From contig CM075989.1 of assembly GCA_038087875.1 (NCBI GenBank), forward strand, positions 4,340,001 through 4,404,000: a stretch of 64,000 bases of DNA, in the 5' to 3' direction. Shown here piece after piece: positions 1-11,687 of the stretch. The notes under the pieces were generated by a model. That model did no database searches. It was not told where the DNA came from and worked only from the letters and a program-made list of their open reading frames with translations. Origin of the DNA: Malacoraja senta (lineage: Eukaryota). Position 1 is the first letter of the stretch; every line of letters begins with the position of its first letter. Position numbers and translations under genes: made by a program.

Positions 1-565
1 TAGCCTTTTATCAGTAGTGGGTAAGATGCTGGAGTCGATTATTAAAGATGTTATAGCAGCGCATTTGGAAAGCAGTGACGGGATCGGTCAAAGTCAGCAT
101 GGATTTATGAAGGGGAAATCATGCTTGACTAATCTTCTGGAAGTTTTGAGGATGTAACAAGTAGAATGGATAAGGGAGAGCCAGTGGATGTGGTGTATCT
201 GGAATCTCAAAAATCTTTGACAAGGTCCCACACAAGAGATTAGTATGCAAAATTAGAGCACATGGTATTTGGGGTTAGGGTATTGACATGGATTGGCAGA
301 TAGGAAGCAAAGAGAAGGAATTAACGGGTCCTTTTCAGAATGGCAGGTACTGACTAGTGGGGTGCCGCAAGGCTCGGTACTGAGACCCCAGTTGCTTACA
401 ATATATATTAACGATTTAGATGAGGGAATTAAATGTAACATCTATAAGTTTGCAGATGACACAAAGCTGGGTGGCAGTGTGAGCTGCGAGGAGGATGCTA
501 TGAGGCTGCAGGGTGACTTGGATAGGTTGGGTGAGTGGGCTGAAGCATGGCCAATGCAGTATAAT
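1..565 (+). mobile_element. CR1 LINE ORF2 (reverse transcriptase) fragment, 5' part; interrupted by a DIRS element
   Basis: ORF 293-691 begins with CR1 RT motifs (VLTSGVPQGSVL, YKFADDTKLGG). CR1 reading resumes at 5291 (AATGTGGATAAATGTGAAGTTATCCACTTTGG). Confidence 0.95.
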
Positions 566-786
566 AGTAAGATTAAACGAGAACTTACCAGTTTGAAGTT
601 TGAACATTATTTTGTGTGGAGTTACGATGAGGGATTACGTGAAGAAGGCCGTCCCCACGCGTGCGCGCCAATCTTCAAAGCAGCGGTGTGAAATCACAGA
701 TAACAGTGTTGAACTAACATAGTAAGATTAGAGTTGACTAGAACTTACAGAAAGATGGTTATGTTACGAGGGACTGGAGCAGAGGG

Positions 787-899
787 CACGTAATCCCTCA
801 TCGTAACTCCTCATGAAATAATGATCAAACTTCAAACTGGTAAGTTCTCGTTTAATCTTACTATTTTACTTCGGAGTCACGTGAGTGACTACGTGAAGA
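787..899. other. DIRS internal complementary region (ICR)
   Basis: 787-865 is a near-exact reverse complement of the left terminus (563-641). 863-899 is the reverse complement of the right terminus (5257-5293). Confidence 0.93.
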
Positions 900-1129
900 T
901 TTTGAAGCTCTGTGATTTCATGCCGTGGAAAACGAGTCCACACAAGCACAACTGCATGAGTTGACCACAGATATAGGAAAACATTCATAATGCATACAGA
1001 CATGACATAGATTTAAAACATGCTGATGCTGATAAATGAACAAATAACAATAATAAAAGTAACCCCTCTCATCCGAGGGGGGAAACTATGAAATAGAACC
1101 TAAAATAGAGTTGGCAAATACCCCTGGTC

Positions 1130-1750
1130 TGGCAATGGGTTAAAATAAAATGTTTGGAAACCTCGTACGTTAGACCATCCTGCATTCGGCAGGATGTGGT
1201 CCAGAGGACCGTACATAACCCTTGCTGCTGATGTAGTAGCAGCCCTGGTGGAGTGAGATTAGAAATGAGCATCTACTCCTGTATGAGCCATCACCCCGTT
1301 TTATCCACCTGGAGGTAGTCTAAACTGATACCTTCTTATGAGGTTATTAGTAACTAACTACATAGGTAGTATGAGAGCCTCTAAGGCTCTAGGTGACCTT
1401 GACGTAATGTTGTAAACGTGTGACCACACATAACTAAAGGTGCATGGGGTATGCCCCGAGAACTAGTTTGAGACCTGACACCCCTCGGCTACCCTGCATA
1501 AATAAATAGTAAACATGACATATTATATAAGTAGGTATAATGATCCTGTCCAGTCACAATTTATGTAATGACAGGACCCGTTGTGCTGAGAACAGCAGCA
1601 ATGGTATACCTTATGAGCCCCGAGCCCAAGGTAGGGATATAGCTGGAGCCCCCTGGTGAAGCAGTGTCAACACAATCTCAATATCCCACACTCCGTGTAC
1701 TTGGGTCTGGGAGAACAGGTGTAAAGATATCCTTAATAAACTAGAATCAG
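1130..1750 (-). pseudogene. DIRS tyrosine recombinase remnant (frameshifted)
   Basis: Manual minus-strand translation gives HSTRAATTSAARVMYGPLDHILPNAGWS, matching the HxxR box of DIRS YRs. Boundaries approximate. Confidence 0.8.
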
Positions 1751-1884
1751 AGGGCGAGACCCAACAGAGCTGGGTCCCACTCGCTGCAGCATATATGATG
1801 AGAAAGCACGTTAAGAATCAGAGGGCAAGACCCGACAGAGCTGGGTCCCACTCGCTGCAGCATATATGATGAGAAAACACGTTA
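1743..1884. repeat. 71-bp tandem duplication inside DIRS
   Basis: AGAATCAGAGGGC...CACGTTA at 1743-1813 and 1814-1884. Confidence 0.9.
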
Positions 1885-2299
1885 AGCACAGTTAATGGGA
1901 CTGTAACTTAATTTATTGTCAAGGGCCCATAGAAAATGAACACTAAGACGTCGGTGTCCGTGCCGTATGATATGTAACATAACACTTAAGCAGAACGTTT
2001 CCCATCTCCTGAAGATGAAATGTACTGCTATTTTTGGTGCTATCCCTGCACTCTGCAGTGAGCACATACATGGATTGGTCTGACAACCCAAGCCGCTGGA
2101 GCTGTCTTCTCAGATTCTGTAAGGCAATGAATTGATTAATCATACAGAGGCTGGTTCCCCGAGTCCCAGGCTGAACCAGCAAGATTTATGTTTAGAAACC
2201 CCATATAAGGTTCTACTATAATTCCCAACATTTGCCGGAAACCATGGCTACATAGACCAGTCAGACAGTACGAAAAACCATAAAGCGGGATCTTGCTGA

Positions 2300-3500
2300 A
2301 TCATTGCAAGACCCGACTGATGAGGTAAAATGGAGCAACGCCACAAAAGAACATTCCTCCATCGTGTTGCAAGAATGTATCTCTTGCTACTGCGATGCCA
2401 CATGTCTTTACAACCTGGTGAATGAGCCGGGATGCAAACATATCGATATTTGGTGTTCCATCGAGGCATAATGTCATAAAATACTAGTGATGCAACATCC
2501 ATTCTGTGTTGTCATTGATTTACCTGATGATACACCAGTGCCAAATAAAGTTGGGTAAATTATGACAGGATACTTTGACTTGATTGCACCCATGTGACGA
2601 ACATAAGCCACAAGGTAGTTGATACCAATAACTGAAGAATTGGTAATTCATGCAAATCCCATCCCTCCATAACTAGAGATGGCATTCGTAATTTCCCATC
2701 TTTAAGCACTAGCATCAGTCTGTAAATACAACTGAAGATTATTGACCAAAACTACTGGAGCAATGCTGAATATTGTTCATCCACCATAGTGACCCTGATG
2801 GCTTCAGCTGGTAATAGCATAGGTCTGTAACAATGAGTTAAATGGCACTTAAGAGATTACTAATTTGCACATTGTAAGTTCTGATAATGCAAAGGCCCAA
2901 TTGCACAGCTGAAACACAGCTGTTAAATGCCAATTACACTTAATGAATAGAAGACTGCTTGATAACAAGGTTGTTACAGGCTTCTATTGATTCCAATCTC
3001 TTGCCCCAGAGCGGAGTCACAGATAAATAATAGTTAAAGGTACAACCGAAAACAATAGCTGTAGTTGGTATCAACTTAAATTACTTCAATCTCTCAAATA
3101 TAGTTGCGGCTGAAAAAAACCCAGTTGATTTTAGCAAAACACAGCATTAAGAATCTCGTCCAGATAAGGCATAACAAGTGTTTTTTGAGCTCTGAGCAGT
3201 CCCAGTTTAGTAAATTGGTAGACGAGCTGGGAGCTGAAATTAGCCCATTTACAACACATTAACTGTTATCATGCCCCATCCAGATAAACTCCAAATGACT
3301 TCTGGGATCCCTGTGAATGGGACCTGAAATAGTATGCATCTTTGACATCGATGCATGCCATAAAGATCTTTAAAGAAATCAGTTTGTTAGTCTGTAACAA
3401 AGTACCATATACTGAAAATCTATGTTGCAAATGTGAGTTTAAATCAACTATGAACCGACATCCTCCATCTTTTACAATAAAACAGGTAACGCCTGCCATA
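2300..3500 (-). pseudogene. DIRS pol (RT/RNase H/MT) remnant
   Basis: RT, RNase H and MT-like motifs listed for the element, with multiple stops and frameshifts. Boundaries approximate. Confidence 0.85.
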
Positions 3501-3820
3501 ATTCCGTGCCTGCCTTAAATCACAACTCTGGCCAGATTCTCGAGCCTATCTCGAGAGGTGATCCTGACCATAATACTGAGGCTGCCTTGAAAGACAACTC
3601 TGGCCATAATACTGGGCCTGCCTTGAAAGGCTACTCAGGCCATAATTCTGAGCGTGCGTCGAAAGACAACTCTGGCCAATTCCCGAGCTTGTCTCGGAAG
3701 GCAATCCTGGCCGTAATACTGAGCCTGCCTCGAAAGACAACTCTGGCCATAATTCCAAGCTTGTTCCGTAAGGCAATCCTGGCCATAATACTGAGCCTGC
3801 CTCGAAAGACAACTCTGACC
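3494..3820. repeat. ~36-bp minisatellite (about 9 units, two alternating variants) inside DIRS pol region
   Basis: Unit ~GGCCATAATACTGAGCCTGCCTCGAAAGACAACTCT. It produces the periodic peptides in overlapping ORFs 3506-3862 and 3635-3865. Confidence 0.9.
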
Positions 3821-5290
3821 CCAAATCCAAGCCAAGCTTGGTACCCTTGTACTGTGCAATAACAACCCAATCTCATACTATCATTATCATTTGTACAAAA
3901 ACCAATTGTAAATATTACCAACTTGTAAATGGTCTACTTACCCCATGTTTCGGAAGAACCAGACGCACCTACCTCCATGGTTACCGGTGGTCTATGGTAA
4001 GCCCAACGGCCCCTGATGTGGGTTCTATTCCCGTCCTTGATTGGAGAGTAGGAATGGTAGTGTATGTGGATTCCATTTCCTGAGACCGGCTTGGACTTTG
4101 GCCTCTGCGCAGCTTTCAAGGTGCCACCAGCTTCAGTGAACTGCTTACTGACCATGAGGCGTGGGGTGTATCATCGCCGATACGATGAAGCTTTGTTCGT
4201 TGTTGGTACCTTGATCAGCCCGACAGCTTTAGCTTCCTCATCCAGGTATACCTGTTGGATAAGTCTTACCTGAAGAGAAGATTCGGCGACTGGTTTCATT
4301 TCCTCCAATGTCACCCCTGATAGCGCTGTTCACTGCCGACACTTGTAGCGTGAGGGGAAACTCTAGCCCCTTCTGGGTTTTCTGCCCACAGCAGTAACCC
4401 TTTCGTATGCGAGTATTTCCTTAGAGCCATATGCATGTGCTCCAGTATGTTCCACCGACATACTTTGAATTTGAAGTCAGTTACACACTGACCACTCGCA
4501 CTCCCCTCCACAGAGAGGGAGATTCGTAGGCAGCCCTGAGAACAGGTGCTGCCGCAGGCCTCTGAGGATACCTGCATCTGACTCAGTATAAAACTGGCCT
4601 CTTACCCTCAGAGAGGGAGACATCAAGCAGCCCTGACACAGGTGCCACTGCCGCGGGTTCTCCATAATACCCGGGCTCAGATAGCTCCCTTTGTTTTTGG
4701 AGCATATCTCTTTGGAGCAACCTCTTGAATAGGTATTCCAGGTGGGTCAGTTTTCCAATCACACTGCCCATAGAAGGAGGAGAGTCCTCCTGGCCCGACT
4801 CATCCAGGGCCCTGACAGACTTTTAGTGGCTTTTTTTCTCCCCTGCGGGGTAGCCAAGGTGCTCACTGCCGGCACCGTCTGTAGCCGCTGGCTCTACCGC
4901 CAGTGACTCGAAAAAGGCGAATTTTGACCGCCGGCCGCTACCCGCACTTCCGCGGTATCCATAGCGGGTTCCCCACGGTCCATGGCCGGGCTTTCCCGAG
5001 GTCGTGACTGGGATTCCCTGCCATCCGTGACTGGGCTCGCCGTGGTCCTAAAGCCCCGCGGCCCGTCTGGACTTCGCCCCCAATCCAGCAGGCAAGCTCT
5101 GGAAGGAGCTTCCTGCAACACAAAACACAAATCCTAGGAATTAACTTTTAAACTTACCTTTAGGTTCAAACTTACCGCTGGCAGCCGCAGCGCGCCTACC
5201 AGTGCGGCATTGCGCAACGCGACAGACGTAATGACGCGCACGCATGGGGACGGCCTTCTTCACGTAGTCACTCACGTGACTCCGAAGTAA

Positions 5291-5601
5291 AATGTGGATA
5301 AATGTGAAGTTATCCACTTTGGTGGCAAGAACAGGAAGGTAGATTATTATCTGAATGCTGTCAGATTAGGAAAAGGGAAGGTGCAACGAGACCGGGGTGT
5401 GTTGTACATCAGTCACTGAAAGTAAGCGTGCAGGTACAGCAGTCAGTGAAGAAAGCCAATGGCAGGTTGGCCTTCATAGCAAGAGGATTTGTGTTTAGGA
5501 GCAAAGAGGTCGTACTGCAGGTAGAGGGCCTTGGTGAGACCGCATCTGGAGTATTGTGTGCCATTTTGGACTCCTAATTTGAGGAAGGACATTATTGCTA
5601 T
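5291..5601 (+). mobile_element. CR1 LINE, continuation after DIRS insertion
   Basis: CR1 motifs (KCEVIHFG; LVRPHLEYCV). Confidence 0.92.
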
Positions 5602-6417
5602 TAGTGAGACCACATTTGGAATACTGTGTACAGTTCTGGGGTCCATACTTAAGAAAGGATGTACTGGCCCTGGAGGCAGTGCAGCGAAGGTTTACAAGAT
5701 TAATTCCTGCAATGAGGGGATTGACATATGAGGAAAGGTTAAGTAGGCTGGAACTCTACTCTTTGGAGTTTAGAAGAATGAGAGGCGATCTCATTGAAAC
5801 ATATAAGATCGTGAGGGGCCTTGATCGGGTGGATGCACCGAGGATGTTCCCAATGATCGGGGAAACTAGAACTAGGGGACATAGTTGTAGAATAAGAGGG
5901 GGCTCTTTTAAAACTGAGATGAGGAAGAACTTCTTCACCCAGAGGGTGGTTAATTTATGGAATTCACTGCCCCAGGGAGCAGTGGAAGCAGAAACATTAA
6001 ATATATTTAAGTCTAAAATAGATGGTTTTTTAGCTGCCAAGGGGATAAGGGGCTACGGGGAGAGGGCAGGGATATGGACCTAGGTATGGTTAGTATAGTA
6101 AGACCTGAGTGATCTCCTGGACAAGTGTCGATCGCCTGGATTGGGGTCGGAGAGGAATTTCCCGGATTTTTTTCCCGAATTGGACCTGGGTTATTATCCG
6201 GTTTTTTGCCTCCCCCAGGAGATCACGCGGTTCTTGGGGTGGAGAGGGGTGATAGCGATATAAAGGGGAGGGTAGTGTCTTGTGTTCTGTGTCTTGTGTC
6301 TACTGTTTGTGGGTAAGGGTGTCTGTTTAGTGTTCAGCCATGAGCGAATGGCGGTGTGGGCTCGATGGGCCTGGTGGTCTACTCTCGCACCTACTTTCTA
6401 TGTTTCTATGTTTCTAT
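5602..6417 (+). mobile_element. Younger 5'-truncated CR1 (different subfamily, long 3' UTR) nested in the older CR1
   Basis: Uninterrupted ORF2 C-terminus to the stop at 6083; (TTTCTATG)n tail to 6417. The host CR1 resumes at GAGGGAGTGCAGCG. Confidence 0.9.
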
Positions 6418-6919
6418 GAGGGAGTGCAGCGTAGGTTCACTGGGTTAATTCCCGGCATGGCGGGACTGACGTATGATGAAAGAATGGGTCGACTGGGCTT
6501 GTATTCACTAGAATTTAGAAGGATGAGAGGGCATCTTATGGAAACCTATAAAATTCATAGAGGATTGAACAGGGTAGATGCAGGAATAATATTCCCGAAG
6601 TTGGGGGAGTCCAGAACCAGGGTCACAGTTTAAGAATAAAGAGTTGGCCATTTTGGACCGAGTTGAGGAAAAACTTTTTCACCCAGAGAGTTATGAATCT
6701 GTGGAATTCTCTGCCACAGAAGGCAATGGAGGCCAATTCACTGAATGTTTTCAAGAGAGAGTTAGATTTATCTCTTAGGGCTAAAGGAATCAAGGGATAT
6801 GGGGAAAAAGCAGGAACGGGGTACTGATTTTGGATGATCAGCCATGATCATATTGAATGGCGGTGCTGGTTCAAAGGGCCGAATAGCCTCCTACTGCGCC
6901 TATTTTCTATGTTTCTATG
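6418..6919 (+). mobile_element. CR1 LINE 3' end (host element)
   Basis: EGVQRRFTGLIPG...YSLEFRRMRG; 3' stem-loop and TTTCTATG tail. Confidence 0.92.
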
Positions 6920-7382
6920 GATATCAGGGCATGGCAAGACAGGAGAAATAAATTTTCAGTGTTGTCCAAAATTCTGAGGGAACATGAGCAGGCAAAGGAC
7001 ATAAATATAGAAATGACTATTAGTGCAGGGCAGTGCCAGTTGATGCATTATTGATTTATAAGGAGATGTTAAACTGTTGGGAAGTGTTGGCTGAGGAATA
7101 ATAATAATTTATGGTTGTAGAACAATGAAGTCAAGAGTGTTTAATTGTCATATGTACCGACAATGAGAAGCGGAGTAAAGCAGGCATGTTACTGATGAGA
7201 AGATTGTAGTAGGATAGGAACGGGATTCTGAGCAGAGTTTTGATCGAGATGTGCGTTAGGGAATGGGCAGAGTCCGGTGGTAACACCCCTCATACAAGGG
7301 AAGGGATATCACCACAGGGGGCCTCCTGGGTGGCAGAGGTGTTTTGTTTAAAGACAGGTGTGAACACTACTGCGTATTTGGA

Positions 7383-7680
7383 AAACATGGTGGCGCAGCG
7401 GTGACTTGCTGCCTTCCAGCGCCAGAGACCTGTAATTTGTAAGGCTGTTGGGAAAGAGTTTGTACGTTCTCCCCGTGACCGCGTGGGTTTTCCCCGGGTG
7501 CTCCAGTTTCCTCCCACACTCTAAAGACATACAGGTTTGTAGGTTAATTGGCATTGGTAACGATTGCAAATTGTCCCTAGTGTGTAGGATAATGCTAGTG
7601 TACGGGGATCGCTGGTTGGCGCGGACTCAGTAGACCGAAGGGCCTGTTTCAGCAGTATCTTTAAATCTAAATCTAAAACT
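7383..7680 (+). mobile_element. HE1-like tRNA-derived SINE
   Basis: GGTGGCGCAGCGGT head, family body, CCGAAGGGCCTGTTTC 3' end, (CTAAAT)n tail. Confidence 0.88.
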
Positions 7681-7791
7681 AGGCACTATTTAATGTATGG
7701 ACACTAAGAATTAATGCGTATTGCACGTTTTTTATTTTTTATTTTTTGCATTCTGAACAAAGTTTATTTTTGAAATATCACCTTCCTTACT

Positions 7792-7810
7792 CGAGCAGCA
7801 GGTGGCACAC
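7792..7810 (+). promoter_or_regulatory. Candidate CTCF site
   Basis: CGAGCAGCAGGTGGCACAC closely matches the core CCASYAGRKGGCRS and lies in unique sequence. Confidence 0.5.
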
Positions 7811-8117
7811 TAAGTATAAAAGAGGAGCGTAACTGCACTGTGCAACAGGCAGAGCAAAGCACTCATGGATCTGCAGAAGCGAAGCAGAGGAACAGTTTAA
7901 TGTGTATCCCCTTAATATGGAGGGGTTCCACTTCTATAGAATGGACGCAAGTGTAAGATGTTACTGCAAGAGTTTATTCCTGGTATTTACTAATCTTAAG
8001 ATAATATAATTACAGTGAGTGTTTGTAGCAGAGTGAAAGAGGTATCCAAGTTAATCCTGTGTCCCAGCTCACTGCCTGTTTTCTTGCTGGTTTCAGTACT
8101 TCAAGGTGCATTTAGGC

Positions 8118-8403
8118 TTTAGAGATACAGCACATTAAAAAACAGGCCCTTCAGCCCACTGAGTCCGTGCCGTCCAGCGATCACCCCGTATACTAACACT
8201 ATCTGACACACTAGGGACAATTTACAATTTTTTATGGAACCCAATTAACCTACAAACCTGTATGTCATTGGGTTGTGAGAGAAAACCCATGCAGGTCACA
8301 GGGAGAACGTAAAAACTCCATACAGACAGCACCCATAGTCAAGATCGAAACCGGGTCTGTGGTGCTGTAAGGCAGCAACTCTATCGTTGTGCCACCGTGC
8401 CCT
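8118..8403 (-). mobile_element. HE1-like SINE
   Basis: Reverse-complement copy of the family consensus. Confidence 0.88.
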
Positions 8404-8619
8404 TCTAAATATAGTTTAAGTGCATAAAGAATTTCTAGCCTAGAAATTCACTCCACTCTAATCTTTTAGGGGCACTAAGTAAGGACACAGTGAAAGTAAT
8501 TGGATATTGCTTTAAAAATATTTGAAAGACACTGTGCAGAATTACATTCAAGAGCTGTGTACAACTTCCATAATGCTGTTCAATATTCCAGTGGTTTCAG
8601 TATGTAAAAGACAATGACT

Positions 8620-8915
8620 GTATGGGGCGCAGCTGGTAGAGCTGCTACCTCGCAGCGCCAGAGACCCAGGTTCCATCCGGGTTCCATCCTGACCTCGGGT
8701 GCTGTCTGTGTGGAGTCTGCACGTTTTCCCTGTGACCACAAGGGCCACCTCCGGGTGCACTGGTTTCTTTCCACATCTCGAAGATAGGCAAGTTTGTAAA
8801 TTGTTACCACCTACCAATCAGCCTCTGTAAATTGCCCCTGATGTATGGGGAGTGGATGAGAAAGTGGGATAACATGGAACCAGTGTAAATGGATGGTTAA
8901 TAATCGTTGTGAATT
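8620..8915 (+). mobile_element. HE1-like SINE (variant subfamily)
   Basis: tRNA-like head; GATGAGAAAGTGGGATAAC variant body. Confidence 0.8.
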
Positions 8916-9072
8916 AGTCTAGTTTAGTTTAGTTTAGTTTATTACCACATGTACCAAGTGAGGTACAGTGAAAAGCTTTTGTTACGCTCTGTCCAGCCAG
9001 CGGAAAGACAATACATGATTATAATTGAGCCGTCCACAGTGTCTGCGAATCAATTTCTAGCAATCGTGATCT

Positions 9073-9390
9073 TTAGTTTAGTTTAGAGATACAGCGCGGA
9101 AACAGGCCCTTCGGCCCATCGAGTCCGCGCTGACCAGCGATCCCCGCATATTAACACTATCCTACATGCACTAGGGACAATTTTTACATTTACCAAGCCA
9201 ATTTACCTACATACTTGTACGTCTTTGGAGTGGGGGGGAAAACCGAAGATCTCGGAGAAAACCCACATGGTCAGGGGGAGAAAGTACCAATTCCATACAG
9301 ACAGCACCCGTAGTCAGGATCAAACCCGGGTCTCCGGCACTGCAAGCCCTGTAAGGCAGCAACTCTACCGCTGTGCCACCGTGCCGCCCT
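9073..9390 (-). mobile_element. HE1-like SINE
   Basis: Full-length reverse copy with (TTTAG)n tail. Confidence 0.9.
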
Positions 9391-9849
9391 AGATGTCTCA
9401 TTCTTTTAATTATTTTTCAGGATGTGGGCATGACTGGGCAAGTCCAGTATTTATTAATTTTTCCTTGTTGGCTTCTAACAGGTAACTTTCAAAATCAACA
9501 GCATTGCTGTGGTTAGGAGTGGAATGTAGGCCAGAATACGTAAGGATGAGCAAATGACAGACTTACACCAATCCAGCTGTTTTATGGTCATTATTACTGA
9601 GACCAACTGCGTTTTCTTTTCTAAGTGGCAGACTATTAACTGAATCGGAATGATGGAAGTTGAATTCTAGATATGGGCTATGAATGCAATAATCTAGTGA
9701 TGTCACCATCATATCCTTGCTGTGATACACCAACAATCACTGTGTTTAAGTGGCTATTCCTTAGGTGAGAAATTGGAAGTGTTAAGAAACTTGCTTTCTT
9801 ATTTAGGCAAACATGGTCTTTTCACTGTACCCATCATCTTCTAATTTAG

Positions 9850-10175
9850 ATTCACTTGTTATAAAAAATGCCACTATCATATCTGCCTCCACTCCCAATA
9901 CTGGCAGTGTGTTCCCAGCACCCACCACCCTCTGTGTAAAACGGACCTGTAAATCTGCGCTAAACGTTGCTCCTCTCACCTTAAAGCTATGCCTCTAGTA
10001 TTTGATCTTTCCATCGTGGGAGAAAAGGTTCTGACTGTCTATCCCGACTATGCCTCTCATAATTTTATATAGTTCTACCAGGTCTCCCCTCAACCTCTGG
10101 TGTTCCAGAGAAAGCAATACCTTGTCCAACCGCTCCTTGCAGCTAAAACACTCTAATCCAGGCATCATTCTGGTA
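9850..10175 (-). mobile_element. CR1 3' fragment
   Basis: Reverse of the CR1 ORF2 C-terminal sequence (CCTCTCACCTTAAAGCTATGCCTCTAG). Confidence 0.8.
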
Positions 10176-10495
10176 ACAGACGCAAAATGCTGGAGGAATT
10201 CAGCGGGTCAGGCAGCATCCGTGGAGGGAAATGGACAGATGACATTCTGGGTCGGGACCTTTCTTCAGACTGATCATCAGTCCCAACGTGAACTGTTGTC
10301 TGTCCATCTCCTTCCACAGATGATTCCTGACCATGCTGCCTTTCTTGTTTAAGAAGGAACTGCAGATGCTGGAAAATCGAAGGTAGACAAAAATGCTGGA
10401 GCAAAGGAAATAGGCAACGTTTCGGGTCGAGACCCTTCTTCAGCTACTTTTCTTGTTTGGTTAAGTTTCCAGCATCTGCAATTTCTTTTGTCTCA
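10176..10495. mobile_element. Penelope pLTR/hammerhead inverted element with a second copy nested at 10351-10442
   Basis: Arms in opposite orientation. The nested copy is flanked by a 16-bp direct repeat (10335-10350 / 10443-10458). Confidence 0.8.
10416..10443 (-). ncRNA. Minimal hammerhead ribozyme motif
   Basis: Minus strand reads CUGAAGA-aGGGUCucGACCC-GAAACGUU. Confidence 0.7.
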
Positions 10496-10729
10496 ACTTG
10501 TTAAAAAAGCTAAACCCTGGTGCTTAAACTTTTCCCTTTCCCAACGTGACGGACTTAGGTAATCTATAATATTCCCATTCTCCCACTAGGTAAAGGCTTC
10601 ATTTATGTATAATTTTATTCTAACCACAGTCCGCCAGAGTAAAGGAGAGGGTCGGGGTTTAAATGCCAAATTTTAAAATCAATTTTTAGGTAAAGTATCT
10701 GATTGGAACTTCAGCCCTGAGAGACAATG

Positions 10730-11245
10730 GTAGAAACAAGGAACTGCAGGTGCTAGTCAACAAAAAAAGGTACAACATCCTGGAGTAACACAGAGGGTCA
10801 GGTATTATCTCTGGAGAACATGGACAGGTAACGTTTCAGCTTGGGACCCTTCTTGTGACTGATTGTAGAGGTGGGGGGAAGAAAGATAAAAGAGAGGGGG
10901 GGCAGGACAGTCAGGCAGGTGATACAAGTAAGGAGGGGGTTTGATAGGCAGAAGGTTGGATAAAGGCCGGAATTGAAAAGACATAGGTGTGAGACAAAAG
11001 GATAGAGTTGCGAATTGTGAAGCTAGAGGAAGGAATGTACATAAGGGGAGAGTTAAGGTGGGGTCCAGGGGAGGGGGGAAAGTAAGGTGGGGTTATATGG
11101 GAGAAGAAGAGAGAGGGGGAGTGTTACGTAGATATAAAATTGGAGAATTCAATGTTTATAACAGCTACCCAAACTAAATATCAGTTGTTCCTCTTGTTTG
11201 TATGTGACCTCACTCTGGCAATGGAGGAGGCCCAGGACAGAAAGA
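10730..11245 (-). mobile_element. Penelope-like element 3' fragment
   Basis: pLTR, polypurine spacer and reverse GIY-YIG C-terminal sequence (CTCACTCTGGCAATGGAGGAGGCCCAGG). Confidence 0.8.
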
Positions 11246-11372
11246 CAATGCTAGCAAACTGGATTAAACTTATGTTACCCTGGATTCTCATTTATGTGCA
11301 CACTCAATTTTTAAGCATGGCCAAAATATTTTGACTAATTCTAAATTTCCCTCAGAGTAATTATCACAGAAT

Positions 11373-11687
11373 GGGCAGCACGGTGGCATAGCAGTAGAGC
11401 TACTGCCTTACAGCGCCAGAGTCCCAGGTTCAATCCTGACCACGGGTGCTTGCCTGTTTGTACGTTCTCCCTGTGACCCACGTGGGTTTTCTCTGAGATC
11501 TTTGGTTTCCTCCCACACTCCAGAGACGTACAGGTTTGTAGGTTAATTAGCTTGGTATAAAATGTATCATTGTCCCTCATGTGTGTAGGATAGTGTTAAT
11601 GCGCAGGGATCGCTGGTCGGTGTGGACTGGATGGGCCGAAGGGCCTGTTGCCGAGCTGTATCTCTAAACTAAACTAAACTAAACTAA
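11373..11687 (+). mobile_element. HE1-like SINE
   Basis: Full-length copy with (CTAAA)n tail. Confidence 0.9.

Larger units (their letters stand above)
566..5290 (-). mobile_element. DIRS1-like tyrosine-recombinase retrotransposon, near full length, degenerate
   Basis: Minus-strand remnants: RT (KDGGCRFIVDL, IDVKDAYY at 3269-3499; PYLDEIL ~3152-3170), RNase H (LQTDAS ~2709-2726), MT-like (IDMFASRL ~2425-2450) and YR (HSTRAATTSAA...ILPNAGWS ~1170-1257). Inverted terminal segments at 636-667 and 5235-5266; internal complementary region at 787-899. Confidence 0.93.

Noticed and set aside
3494..3820. 36-bp periodic array as a CRISPR array
   Set aside because: Units abut with no unique spacers, there are no cas genes, and the context is a eukaryotic DIRS element.
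3852..3941. Apparent 90-nt GT-AG intron in DIRS
   Set aside because: The interval translates like the pol N-terminal region (TND...VQGY), so the splice signals may be incidental.
11373..11445. tRNA gene
   Set aside because: tRNA-derived SINE head with A/B-box-like motifs; it continues into the SINE body and is not a complete tRNA.
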